A stretch of 10,271 bases of DNA from a virus. Below, piece after piece: positions 1 through 6,590 of the stretch (the first letter of the stretch is position 1; every line of letters starts with the position of its first letter). A model generated the notes under the pieces. It had not been told where the DNA came from. It searched no databases and saw only the letters and a program-made list of their open reading frames with translations. The DNA lies in UHGV virus genome UHGV-0344388; one strand, 5' to 3'. Both the position numbers and the translations under genes were made by a program.

Positions 1-67
1 ATATACCGGAGCGGGTGTATTCAGCAATATACTCCTGCTGCAACGCCCCCCAGTCCGGTCTGCTCAT
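1..67 (-). CDS. 5' end of a gene continuing beyond the window start (22 codons visible: MSRPDWGALQQEYIAEYTRSGI); position suggests a DNA-packaging (terminase) gene, function unconfirmed
   Basis: ATG at 67..65 preceded by an AGGA Shine-Dalgarno-like motif about 9 nt upstream; open frame runs to position 1. It follows the stop of the 83-aa ORF in the same frame (TAA 73..71, one codon, then ATG). Not in the ORF track because it has no stop in the window. Confidence 0.35.
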   Translation of the reverse strand, partial: MSRPDWGALQQEYIAEYTRSGI

Positions 68-70
68 CAG

Positions 71-322
71 TTAGTCCTGATTTTTATCCACCCTGAGTAG
101 TTCGCGCAGAGCAAAGGCATCCCCTTTTCTGGCAAGCTTAAACAATGCCGCTCGTAACTCGGCTTCACCTTTCGCTCTGCCCTTACGGATGGCCGCATAA
201 AAATCTGTCATTGCTTCCCGATTTTCTTTCAGTCGGTTCAGATCAACATCCAGAACGTCAGCGATTTGTTGTGCAGTCATCCGGCACGCTGCCAGAGACT
301 CGACTTTCGAATACGGAATCAT
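71..322 (-). CDS. small helix-rich protein (83 aa), possibly an HTH DNA-binding protein of the kind found at the N terminus of small terminase subunits
   Basis: ORF track. GGGGG purine-rich motif 6-8 nt upstream of the ATG at 322; the alternative ATG at 280 has no SD. Helix-rich basic sequence (AAIRKGRAKGEAELRAALFKLARKGDAFALRELL). Overlaps the 3' end of the upstream gene by 65 nt. Functional call is inference only. Confidence 0.45.
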   Translation of the reverse strand: MIPYSKVESLAACRMTAQQIADVLDVDLNRLKENREAMTDFYAAIRKGRAKGEAELRAALFKLARKGDAFALRELLRVDKNQD

Positions 323-1190
323 TTGTCACCCCCATTGATATGCAGGGTGTCTTCTTCCTGTATTTTTCGTGAAGGATTTTTACTGCAGCGTTGTTCCAGG
401 TGACCTGATGGTGAATGCGTTTATGGCTGGCACCCATCAGTGAGATTTTTACGCACGACGGCGCATACATGACGGAGTAAAAACTTTTAACGTAGGTTCC
501 GGAATCCAGATACAGCTCGGTCATTCCGCCGCTGTTTTTCTGCGTCTGTTTCTGCCCTAACTGGACAGCACCGATCGTCATAAACAATTCACCACAGCGA
601 CCGAGATTCGTGTACGTATTCACATCCTCGTTAATGCGCCCCATGAATGAGAACGGTCGATCAACCGAACAGATAAAGCTGTTCATTGCCTTGCGTTTCA
701 CCCACGAAGCATGGCCGCCATTGTCACCAAGAAAATCCCCGCCCTGCGACATAGCGATGGAAAGCGCGGGTATTGATTCGTAATACGCCAGCATTTCAGA
801 AAGGATCGCATCCAGTTTCCTTATCGGGAAATAGGCCTGGTCATAGTTGCGATCCACCCGAAACTGGAACTCGTGATAATCATCATCGAGCTGAATGAAG
901 TATTTACACCCGACCAGTTTTGCCAGGTCGAAACAGGCATTACGGGCGTAAAAAATTGAGCGGCGGTCACCAAAATTATCGGCTTCGTCAAAACGACTGG
1001 CAATATCGGCTTTGGAAAATACCAGCACCTGTTCACCAAATTCAGCCATGTACTGATGCCGTGTCTTATCTTCATCATCAACAACGATAAAAATTTTCCC
1101 GGTATAGCCAGCACGACGCAACGTCCGGTAAGTCAGAACTTTGTCCGGTCGCCCGTGAGTCAGAATAAAGGCGCAAAAATCATCACGCAT
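258..1190 (-). CDS. GT-A-fold-like (GT2-like) glycosyltransferase candidate, 310 aa, cytoplasmic (no signal peptide or TM segment seen)
   Basis: ORF track. N-terminal pattern CAFILTHGRPD...GKIFIVVDDEDKT resembles the first beta strand and acidic motif of GT-A enzymes; a second acidic motif YFIQLDDDYHEF resembles the DxD metal/sugar-nucleotide site. Start ATG overlaps the stop of the upstream ParB-like gene (ATGCGTGA, 8-nt overlap) with a GGAGGAGG SD, indicating translational coupling. Fold assignment is motif-based inference. Confidence 0.6.
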   Translation of the reverse strand: MRDDFCAFILTHGRPDKVLTYRTLRRAGYTGKIFIVVDDEDKTRHQYMAEFGEQVLVFSKADIASRFDEADNFGDRRSIFYARNACFDLAKLVGCKYFIQLDDDYHEFQFRVDRNYDQAYFPIRKLDAILSEMLAYYESIPALSIAMSQGGDFLGDNGGHASWVKRKAMNSFICSVDRPFSFMGRINEDVNTYTNLGRCGELFMTIGAVQLGQKQTQKNSGGMTELYLDSGTYVKSFYSVMYAPSCVKISLMGASHKRIHHQVTWNNAAVKILHEKYRKKTPCISMGVTNDSVFESRVSGSVPDDCTTNR

Positions 1191-1971
1191 ATTCCTCCTC
1201 CCCGCTATGCATGATCGCCACCATGCGCTGCGTCATTCGGACAAATCCATTTTCAATAGCCTGCTGATAATCAATGATCACCAGCGCCGACTCCTCGAAA
1301 AGGCACTGAATTTCAGCGGGGGCATGAGCGTAATAGTCCGCAATTCTGCTGAAATTAAACACCGTGTGACGTTCTGCCGCACACAGGAGGAATTTCTCAA
1401 TATCAGGATCAAGGGACGCCGAACGTATCCGGCTGATCAGCTCCTGAGTTTTCGTATCGTCGTACAGTTCACTGATATCCGGTTTACCGCCCGACGGCTC
1501 ATAAACAGGCGTATCAATTTTCGTCGTATACGGCTCCTCCTTATTTCCTGTACCGGGCAAAACATCCGTCAACAGTTCATCAATTTCTGTCGGGCCGAAG
1601 CCTGTCAGGGAGACATCAAAATCAGCATTGATTAGGTCCGACAGCTCCATCCGCAATAGATCTTCATCCCAGCCAGCATTCATCGGTAGGCGATTATCTG
1701 CCAGGCGGTACGCCTTTTTCTGCTCATCCGTCAGGCCAGACAGAACAATGACCGGAACAGAATCCATTTTGAGCATTTCAGCCGCCATAACACGACCGTG
1801 ACCCGCAATAATTTCGCCCTTTTCGTCAATCAGCACCGGATTAGTCCAGCCGAATTGCTTAATACTTTCTACCAGTTGTGCCACCTGCTCAGTACTGTGC
1901 GTCCTGGCGTTGTGCGCATACGGTGACAATTCTTGTAATGGGCGATAGACTATCTTTAATTTCTCGCTCAT
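1183..1971 (-). CDS. ParB-like nuclease domain (ParB/Srx fold) protein, 262 aa
   Basis: ORF track. N-terminal region (YRPLQELSPYAHNARTHSTEQVAQLVESIKQFGWTNPVLIDEKGEIIAGHGRVMAAEML) matches the ParB N-terminal/ParBc pattern, including the G-H-x-R-x-x-A-A core; C-terminal ~170 aa unassigned. Confidence 0.8.
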   Translation of the reverse strand: MSEKLKIVYRPLQELSPYAHNARTHSTEQVAQLVESIKQFGWTNPVLIDEKGEIIAGHGRVMAAEMLKMDSVPVIVLSGLTDEQKKAYRLADNRLPMNAGWDEDLLRMELSDLINADFDVSLTGFGPTEIDELLTDVLPGTGNKEEPYTTKIDTPVYEPSGGKPDISELYDDTKTQELISRIRSASLDPDIEKFLLCAAERHTVFNFSRIADYYAHAPAEIQCLFEESALVIIDYQQAIENGFVRMTQRMVAIMHSGEEEYA

Positions 1972-1987
1972 ACAGCCTTGCTTTATG

Positions 1988-2023
1988 AATAAAACGCACC
2001 CCAGCAGCCAGTGCTACTGGGGG
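1988..2023 (-). terminator. candidate rho-independent terminator downstream of the trkG-like gene
   Basis: On the minus strand a 10-bp stem (one G.U pair) with a 4-nt loop (plus coords about 1999..2022) is followed by UGCGUUUUAUU. The U-tract is offset by 4 nt from the stem, so confidence is moderate. Confidence 0.4.
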
Positions 2024-2108
2024 CGGAGGTGTTGCTGGTAAAGTTAGGTATTGGATCAATGAGTGAGTCAATATAATATTAAACTCACAATTATAAATCA
2101 GCCATATA

Positions 2109-3566
2109 TTAGGAGCGCCAAAAAAAACCTGAAAACAATATAATAACAGGATAAATTTCAAGGCGACCAAGAATCATAGCTATGCACATTAAATATTTTG
2201 CAATGTCATTAAGCACTCCGAATGACGATGCAGTAGCCCCAAAACCTAATCCCATATTATTAATACATGCAGCCACTGTTGCAAATGATGTAAGAAAATC
2301 ATATCCCATACCATTTAACACCAGTATAAAAAACACCGTGAAGAGAGTATAAAGAAAAAAGAAACTCCATACAGACCTCATTACACGATCTGTAACTATC
2401 TTCCCTCCTACATTTACACTCAACAACGCTCTGGGATGAGAAAGCTGATTTATCTCGTGTTTGCTTTGTTTGAAAAGTATAAGAAATCGAAGTGACTTAA
2501 TTCCACCACAAGTTGAACCTATACATCCCCCAAAGAAACTTGACAACAGCAAAAACACTATCGTGTGCGTGGGCCAGTTTGCATAATCCTGCGTAGCTAA
2601 ACCATTATCAGTGAGCATGGAGCTGGCAAGAAAAAACGAATGAATAAAACTTCCATGCAAGTCATACATACCTATATGCCAGACCTGGAAAGAGGTAACA
2701 ATGATCACCCCTAAGGCTATTAACAGAAAGAAACGAAGTTCAATATCTCTGATTAAAGGTTTTATCGTTTTCCTGCTAATAACAATATACCAAAGAGTGA
2801 AGTTGAAAGCCGATAGCAGGGAAAAAGAACCAGCCACCAGCTCAACCAAATAGTTATTAAAATATCCGATACTCTCGCTATGAGTTGAGAAACCACCAAG
2901 CGAAACTGTGGAAATCCCGTGACAAATAGCATCAAACAAAGGCATTCCTGCAAGTCTATAACAGACAATACAAGCAATACCTAATAAAGAATAAGTTATC
3001 CACAGTGTCCGTGACGTATCGGCCAGGCGGGGAGTGAGTTTGTCATCCTTAAATGGCCCCGGCATTTCTGACTGATAAAGCTTTGCACCACCAATACCCA
3101 ATAATGGCAATACAGCAACCGCCAGAACAATAACTCCTAAACCACCTATAAAATTTAACTGTGACCGATAGTACAAATATGCCCGAGGTAATGAACTAAC
3201 ATCATCAATTACAGTTGCTCCTGTTGTTGTTATTCCAGAAACCCCTTCAAACAGAGCATCAATGAACGTTAAATTAAGTTCTGAGTCAATCCATAAAGGG
3301 AATGCACTAATAACAGAAAACAAAATCCAAAACATTACAATTATAATAAACCCATCACGGGTACGTAATTGAATGCCAGATTTCTTAGTTGTATACCACG
3401 CTCCGCCACCAATGCAAAAAAATATAACGAAAGTTATAAAGAAAACGAATAGGCTTTTTTCTTTATAAAACAATGCTACAACCATTGGTGGCAACATTGA
3501 AAGACTATAGAGCCAAACCAGGAACCCACACATATGAGTAACAACTCTTACATGAGATGTATTCAT
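2109..3566 (-). CDS. trkG: Trk-system potassium uptake protein, TrkH/TrkG family (485 aa from the MNTSHVRVV start)
   Basis: ORF track 2109..3584; start chosen at the second in-frame ATG (3566), giving 485 aa. Polytopic membrane protein with a GVSGITTTGAT selectivity-filter-like motif and a TrkH-like C terminus (GRLEIYPVIILFSGFFWRS). Conspicuously AT-rich relative to flanking phage genes. Position directly after Rz/Rz1 matches the known prophage-borne trkG of E. coli K-12 Rac (from memory). Confidence 0.9.
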   Translation of the reverse strand: MNTSHVRVVTHMCGFLVWLYSLSMLPPMVVALFYKEKSLFVFFITFVIFFCIGGGAWYTTKKSGIQLRTRDGFIIIVMFWILFSVISAFPLWIDSELNLTFIDALFEGVSGITTTGATVIDDVSSLPRAYLYYRSQLNFIGGLGVIVLAVAVLPLLGIGGAKLYQSEMPGPFKDDKLTPRLADTSRTLWITYSLLGIACIVCYRLAGMPLFDAICHGISTVSLGGFSTHSESIGYFNNYLVELVAGSFSLLSAFNFTLWYIVISRKTIKPLIRDIELRFFLLIALGVIIVTSFQVWHIGMYDLHGSFIHSFFLASSMLTDNGLATQDYANWPTHTIVFLLLSSFFGGCIGSTCGGIKSLRFLILFKQSKHEINQLSHPRALLSVNVGGKIVTDRVMRSVWSFFFLYTLFTVFFILVLNGMGYDFLTSFATVAACINNMGLGFGATASSFGVLNDIAKYLMCIAMILGRLEIYPVIILFSGFFWRS

Positions 3567-3703
3567 ATCTAAATATTCTTTCAATTATAACCACCTTGCT
3601 GCAATATTATGATTATACTGTATAAAATTTAACTCCTCTTAGATCTTACTTCACTGTTCCTTATGAAACAATCATCAAAATGAATCATATTGTAGTTAAG
3701 ATT

Positions 3704-4183
3704 TTACTTTAAACACTGTTCGGTTATGTATTGCTGAGCACCTTCAAGTTGGGCCTGCATCATTACCAGTCGTTCCCGGAGGGTGAAATAATCCCGTTCA
3801 GCGGTGTCTGCCAGTCGGGGGGAGGCTGCATTATCCACGCCGGAGGCGGTGGTGGCTTCACGCACTGACTGACAGACTGCTTTGATGTGCAACCGACGAC
3901 GACCAGCGGCAACATCATCACGCAGAGCATCATTTTCAGCTTTCGCATCAGCTAACTCCTTCGTGTATTTTGCATCGAGCGCAGCAACATCACGCTGACG
4001 CATCTGCATGTCAGTAATTGCCGCGTTCGCCAGCTTCAGTTCTCTGGCATTTTTGTCGCGCTGGGCTTTGTAGGTAATGGCGTTATCACGGTAATGATTA
4101 ACAGCCCATGACAGGCAGACGATGATGCAGATAACCAGAGCATAAATAATCGCGGCGACTCTGCTCACTGATCTATCCCCCAA
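3704..4183 (-). CDS. Rz: Rz i-spanin (inner-membrane spanin subunit)
   Basis: ORF track. From the internal GTG at 4168 the translation is almost identical to lambda Rz ([67 protein letters not shown]...). The true start is either the ATG at 4183 (19-nt overlap with the endolysin) or the GTG at 4168 abutting the endolysin stop. Confidence 0.9.
   Translation of the reverse strand: MGDRSVSRVAAIIYALVICIIVCLSWAVNHYRDNAITYKAQRDKNARELKLANAAITDMQMRQRDVAALDAKYTKELADAKAENDALRDDVAAGRRRLHIKAVCQSVREATTASGVDNAASPRLADTAERDYFTLRERLVMMQAQLEGAQQYITEQCLK
3763..3948 (-). CDS. Rz1: Rz1 o-spanin (outer-membrane lipoprotein spanin subunit), embedded in Rz in the +1 frame
   Basis: ORF track. Translation [56 protein letters not shown] closely matches lambda Rz1, with a VVGC lipobox and proline-rich periplasmic segment. 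Confidence 0.85.
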   Translation of the reverse strand: MRKLKMMLCVMMLPLVVVGCTSKQSVSQCVKPPPPPAWIMQPPPDWQTPLNGIISPSGNDW

Positions 4184-4698
4184 CAGGCTAATGCGCTTTC
4201 CTGGTCACGACGAATAACCTGTCCATAGCAGTTATTTGAACGTATGCGGCAATCGCGCCCACCATCTTTTATCCACCAGCGAATCGCCTCGCATGCACCC
4301 TTACGATCACCGGCATTCAGCCGCTTATAAAACGTCGACGGAAAACACTTACCAGGGCCAATGTTATAGGGACAGAATGACGCGATACCGGCTTTCTGTG
4401 GCTCGGTCAGTGGAACTTTTATATTGCGCTCCACCCATGCCAGCGCCTTATCACGCTCAATGGCGTTGACCTGGTCGCATTTTTCCTTCGACAGTTTCAT
4501 ATTGGGAAAAACGTTTTTTCCATCCACCACTGTGGCACCCCGACAGATGGTCCATATGCCAGAACCATCGCGGTATGCCATTGTGTGGTTACCTTCTTTT
4601 TCGTCCAGAAACTGGTCAAGTATCTGAGGAGCAGATGCGCCAGCACCAATCAGCGCCAGAACGGCAGCCGACAGGCCGTATCTGATTTTTGTGTTCAT
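4165..4698 (-). CDS. SAR (signal-arrest-release) endolysin, T4-lysozyme-like muramidase (GH24), RrrQ/R21-like
   Basis: ORF track. N-terminal weakly hydrophobic Gly/Ala-rich SAR segment ([17 protein letters not shown]) followed by the catalytic E-x8-D-x5-T pattern ([18 protein letters not shown]). Start ATG overlaps the stop of the upstream YdfR-like gene (ATGA). Confidence 0.9.
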   Translation of the reverse strand: MNTKIRYGLSAAVLALIGAGASAPQILDQFLDEKEGNHTMAYRDGSGIWTICRGATVVDGKNVFPNMKLSKEKCDQVNAIERDKALAWVERNIKVPLTEPQKAGIASFCPYNIGPGKCFPSTFYKRLNAGDRKGACEAIRWWIKDGGRDCRIRSNNCYGQVIRRDQESALACWGIDQ

Positions 4699-5006
4699 AG
4701 ATATTTATGATGAGGACGCTCGTGCTTATTGGCAGGATTTTCAATCTTAAAGGAGTACTGATGCTGCAGATAAGACTCAACTTTTTCTGACAATTTTTCT
4801 GCTACTTCCAGGAAGACTTGCCGGACGCTCATTCTGGCTGCTGCCTCATAAAACTCCAGCGCAGCTCCTTCAACACGGTCCATGGCGACATCCAGGCCAA
4901 AAATTTCACCGTCAAAGCGTTCTTTGTCCTGTAAGGCTACAGTTACCGTAACTTTATTCTCAAAATTACGGACTCCTTTCACAACCAGTTCATAGTATTG
5001 AGTCAT
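4695..5006 (-). CDS. YdfR-like small protein (DUF1327-type) inserted between holin and endolysin, 103 aa
   Basis: ORF track. Tight packing (4-nt gap after the holin stop, ATGA overlap with the endolysin). Same size and position as ydfR in the E. coli K-12 Qin prophage lysis cassette (from memory). Function unknown. Confidence 0.7.
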   Translation of the reverse strand: MTQYYELVVKGVRNFENKVTVTVALQDKERFDGEIFGLDVAMDRVEGAALEFYEAAARMSVRQVFLEVAEKLSEKVESYLQHQYSFKIENPANKHERPHHKYL

Positions 5007-5010
5007 TGGA

Positions 5011-5226
5011 TTACTCTCCTCTCGCAGCCTTACGCCTGTCTTCTTTAATCTTGAAATAAAGATTTGTCAGGTACGTCAGCAGGCCAAATACCAGGCTACC
5101 CAGCACACCTATTGCTGCCCACTGTGAGGGCGTGACTTTATCGAGCAGCTGTAAAAACCAGTAGCCAGCACTGCCTGCGGAGGTGCCGTAGGCAATGCCT
5201 GTTGAAATTTTGTCCATGGATTTCAT
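5011..5226 (-). CDS. class II pinholin, phage 21 S21-like, 71 aa, with dual-start MKSM motif
   Basis: ORF track 5011..5283; start placed at the MKSM methionine (5226). Translation [71 protein letters not shown] is near-identical to the S21 pinholin as remembered: two TM segments and a charged C terminus. Confidence 0.85.
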   Translation of the reverse strand: MKSMDKISTGIAYGTSAGSAGYWFLQLLDKVTPSQWAAIGVLGSLVFGLLTYLTNLYFKIKEDRRKAARGE

Positions 5227-5325
5227 AGCCTCACCTCCGCACGGAACGGATGGCATAGTTATTATGTGTAGGCTTCCAGACACATCAATCAGAGCCTTAA
5301 TTGATATATATGCTGGAGACGATGC

Positions 5326-5352
5326 AATATAAAAAGCTCGCCGTAGCGAGCT
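5326..5352 (-). terminator. rho-independent terminator downstream of the lipoprotein genes and upstream of the holin
   Basis: Perfect 7-bp stem AGCTCGC/GCGAGCT with a 4-nt loop (5335..5352), followed on the minus strand by UUUUAUAUU (5334..5326). Confidence 0.5.
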
Positions 5353-5477
5353 AATAAAATGTATTTCTCTGATATTATGTTTATTTGTATTAGCTCAGAC
5401 TTGACATCACAGGTTTCGTATATAGAACATCATCAAATCTGTCAGTTTGCTATGAATGAGATATAGTAATTGAAGAG

Positions 5478-5873
5478 CTAACCTCGCATGTCAAAGCCAG
5501 ATTTCTGAAAATCTCTGTAGACTTCCGGATTGTTGAAGGCCGGAAATTTGGCTTTATGAGCTGCGGACTTTATCGCTTCGCAATAGGCTTTATCACCGTT
5601 ACTGGTAGATATTTTTAACGCCGTGCCATCCTGAGAGAATTCCATATGCAACCTGCATTTTTTCCCTTTCCAGTTATGCGGCTCATCAAGTTTGGCATTA
5701 ATTGCAGCTCTGATTCCCCGCGCTTGCGCCCCCCATTCATCCTGATCATCCCAGCGTCCTGAACTGCAACTACCTGTAGCAGTAGTTTTGTGGCAATCTG
5801 AAGGGTGTAAAGGTGTGCATCCCGCAACAAAACCGACCCAAAAAGTCAACATAACGATTTTCTTTAATCCCAC
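5478..5873 (-). CDS. lipoprotein with a divergent TolA C-terminal (domain III)-like domain, 131 aa
   Basis: ORF track. GTG start with a GAGGAG SD 7 nt upstream. Signal peptide with VAGC lipobox (MGLKKIVMLTFWVGFVAGC), Thr at +2. C-terminal half (GKKCRLHMEFSQDGTALKISTSNGDKAYCEAIKSAAHKAKFPAFNNPEVYRDFQKSGFD) keeps the two-Cys spacing and the P-x-x-P-x-VY-x-x-F pattern of the neighbouring paralog. Confidence 0.7.
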   Translation of the reverse strand: MGLKKIVMLTFWVGFVAGCTPLHPSDCHKTTATGSCSSGRWDDQDEWGAQARGIRAAINAKLDEPHNWKGKKCRLHMEFSQDGTALKISTSNGDKAYCEAIKSAAHKAKFPAFNNPEVYRDFQKSGFDMRG

Positions 5874-6023
5874 TTCTTGCTCCTCAATCCATTAAAATCT
5901 CAGCAATAGTAGTTGTTACGTCCGCCACTGGCTCAGAGCTGACTATCCGCTAAATTTAGCTCAGTGCCGTAGTTGTGTCAGAACAAACCTAAGCCGAAAC
6001 CGTTTATTACAAAACAATAAATA

Positions 6024-6452
6024 TCAGGGTTTAAAATCCAGCACCCCATTTTGAAATACTTTATATACTTCCGGCGAAGGGGGGGCAGGTATATCAACAT
6101 TCTTTATCGCATTCATCGCTTCACGACATAAATCGAGGTCTCCACTTTCTCTTTTAACCTCCAGTAGAAGGCCATTCGGGGCCATATGCATTCTCAGTGT
6201 ACACTCTTTTCCTGAATACTTACTCGCATCCCCGAACTGTTTTTCGATGGCGCTCTTGATTTGATGGGCATACAGACGGATATCCTCACTAACATCAGAA
6301 GTACGTTCAGATGAACTCACATACTGTGTCTCTATTGCTTTATCGGAGTAATATGATGTACGGTCATGATAATTTGTCGATACAGCATCAGTGCACCCGA
6401 TAATAATCCCACTAATAATCAACGTAAGAATTGATGCGCTACGAAAACCCAT
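6024..6452 (-). CDS. lipoprotein carrying a TolA domain III-like C-terminal domain, 142 aa
   Basis: ORF track. ATG with GAGG SD. Signal peptide with IIGC lipobox, Thr at +2. C-terminal ~85 aa (LYAHQIKSAIEKQFGDASKYSGKECTLRMHMAPNGLLLEVKRESGDLDLCREAMNAIKNVDIPAPPSPEVYKVFQNGVLDFKP) aligns nearly colinearly with the E. coli TolA C terminus as I remember it (...YAGQIKSAIESKFYDASSYAGKTCTLRIKLAPDGMLLDIKPEGGDPALC...IPKPPSQAVYEVFKNAPLDFKP), including both cysteines and the terminal LDFKP. Confidence 0.8.
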   Translation of the reverse strand: MGFRSASILTLIISGIIIGCTDAVSTNYHDRTSYYSDKAIETQYVSSSERTSDVSEDIRLYAHQIKSAIEKQFGDASKYSGKECTLRMHMAPNGLLLEVKRESGDLDLCREAMNAIKNVDIPAPPSPEVYKVFQNGVLDFKP

Positions 6453-6481
6453 TTTTCCTCACATATGTCATATAGTAAAGG

Positions 6482-6511
6482 ATTATATATACCGTTGTTT
6501 TGGACGCTCAA
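6482..6511 (-). promoter_or_regulatory. candidate sigma70 promoter for the TolA-like lipoprotein gene
   Basis: Minus strand: -35 TTGAGC (6511..6506), about 18-nt spacer, -10 TATAAT (6487..6482), roughly 30 nt upstream of the ATG at 6452. Hand-scanned; not tested. Confidence 0.35.
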
Positions 6512-6569
6512 ACAGCGAATCAGATCAAATAAAACGCACATTTGTTAACATTTACACAAAGTCTGCGTG

Positions 6570-6590
6570 GGATATTCTGAAAGAATATCC
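6570..6590. repeat. perfect 9-bp inverted repeat with 3-nt spacer (GGATATTCT gaa AGAATATCC); candidate operator or RNA hairpin
   Basis: Read directly from the sequence. Lies about 60-85 bp upstream of the candidate lipoprotein promoter. No U-tract on either side, so not a canonical intrinsic terminator. Confidence 0.5.

Noticed and set aside
145-372. Plus-strand 75-aa ORF
   Set aside because: Lies antisense within the minus-strand 83-aa and GT-like genes; no SD; low-complexity translation. Treated as a shadow ORF.
821-1114. Minus-strand 97-aa ORF inside the GT-like gene in another frame
   Set aside because: Entirely nested within the better-supported 310-aa ORF; no independent start signals.
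1207-1635. Plus-strand 142-aa ORF
   Set aside because: Antisense to the ParB-like gene, which has clear domain motifs and translational coupling; the plus-strand translation has no recognisable features.
1889-2170. Minus-strand 93-aa ORF spanning the trkG/ParB intergenic region
   Set aside because: Overlaps both the 5' end of the ParB-like gene and the 3' end of trkG and runs through the candidate terminator; likely an artefact of the AT-rich spacer.
2762-2977. Minus-strand 71-aa ORF inside trkG
   Set aside because: Alternative frame nested within the TrkG-family gene.
4236-4627. Plus-strand ORFs of 77 and 67 aa
   Set aside because: Antisense to the SAR endolysin gene; no independent support.
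5227-5283. Upstream in-frame GTG extension of the holin ORF (track start at 5283)
   Set aside because: The S21-type pinholin begins at the MKSM motif; the 19-codon extension has no counterpart in the S21 holin I remember, so the start was placed at 5226.
5401-5430. Perfect plus-strand TTGACA -35 hexamer
   Set aside because: No acceptable -10 hexamer at 16-18 nt spacing, and no credible plus-strand gene downstream.
5615-5830. Minus-strand 71-aa ORF inside the 131-aa lipoprotein gene
   Set aside because: Alternative frame nested in a gene with clear lipoprotein and domain features.
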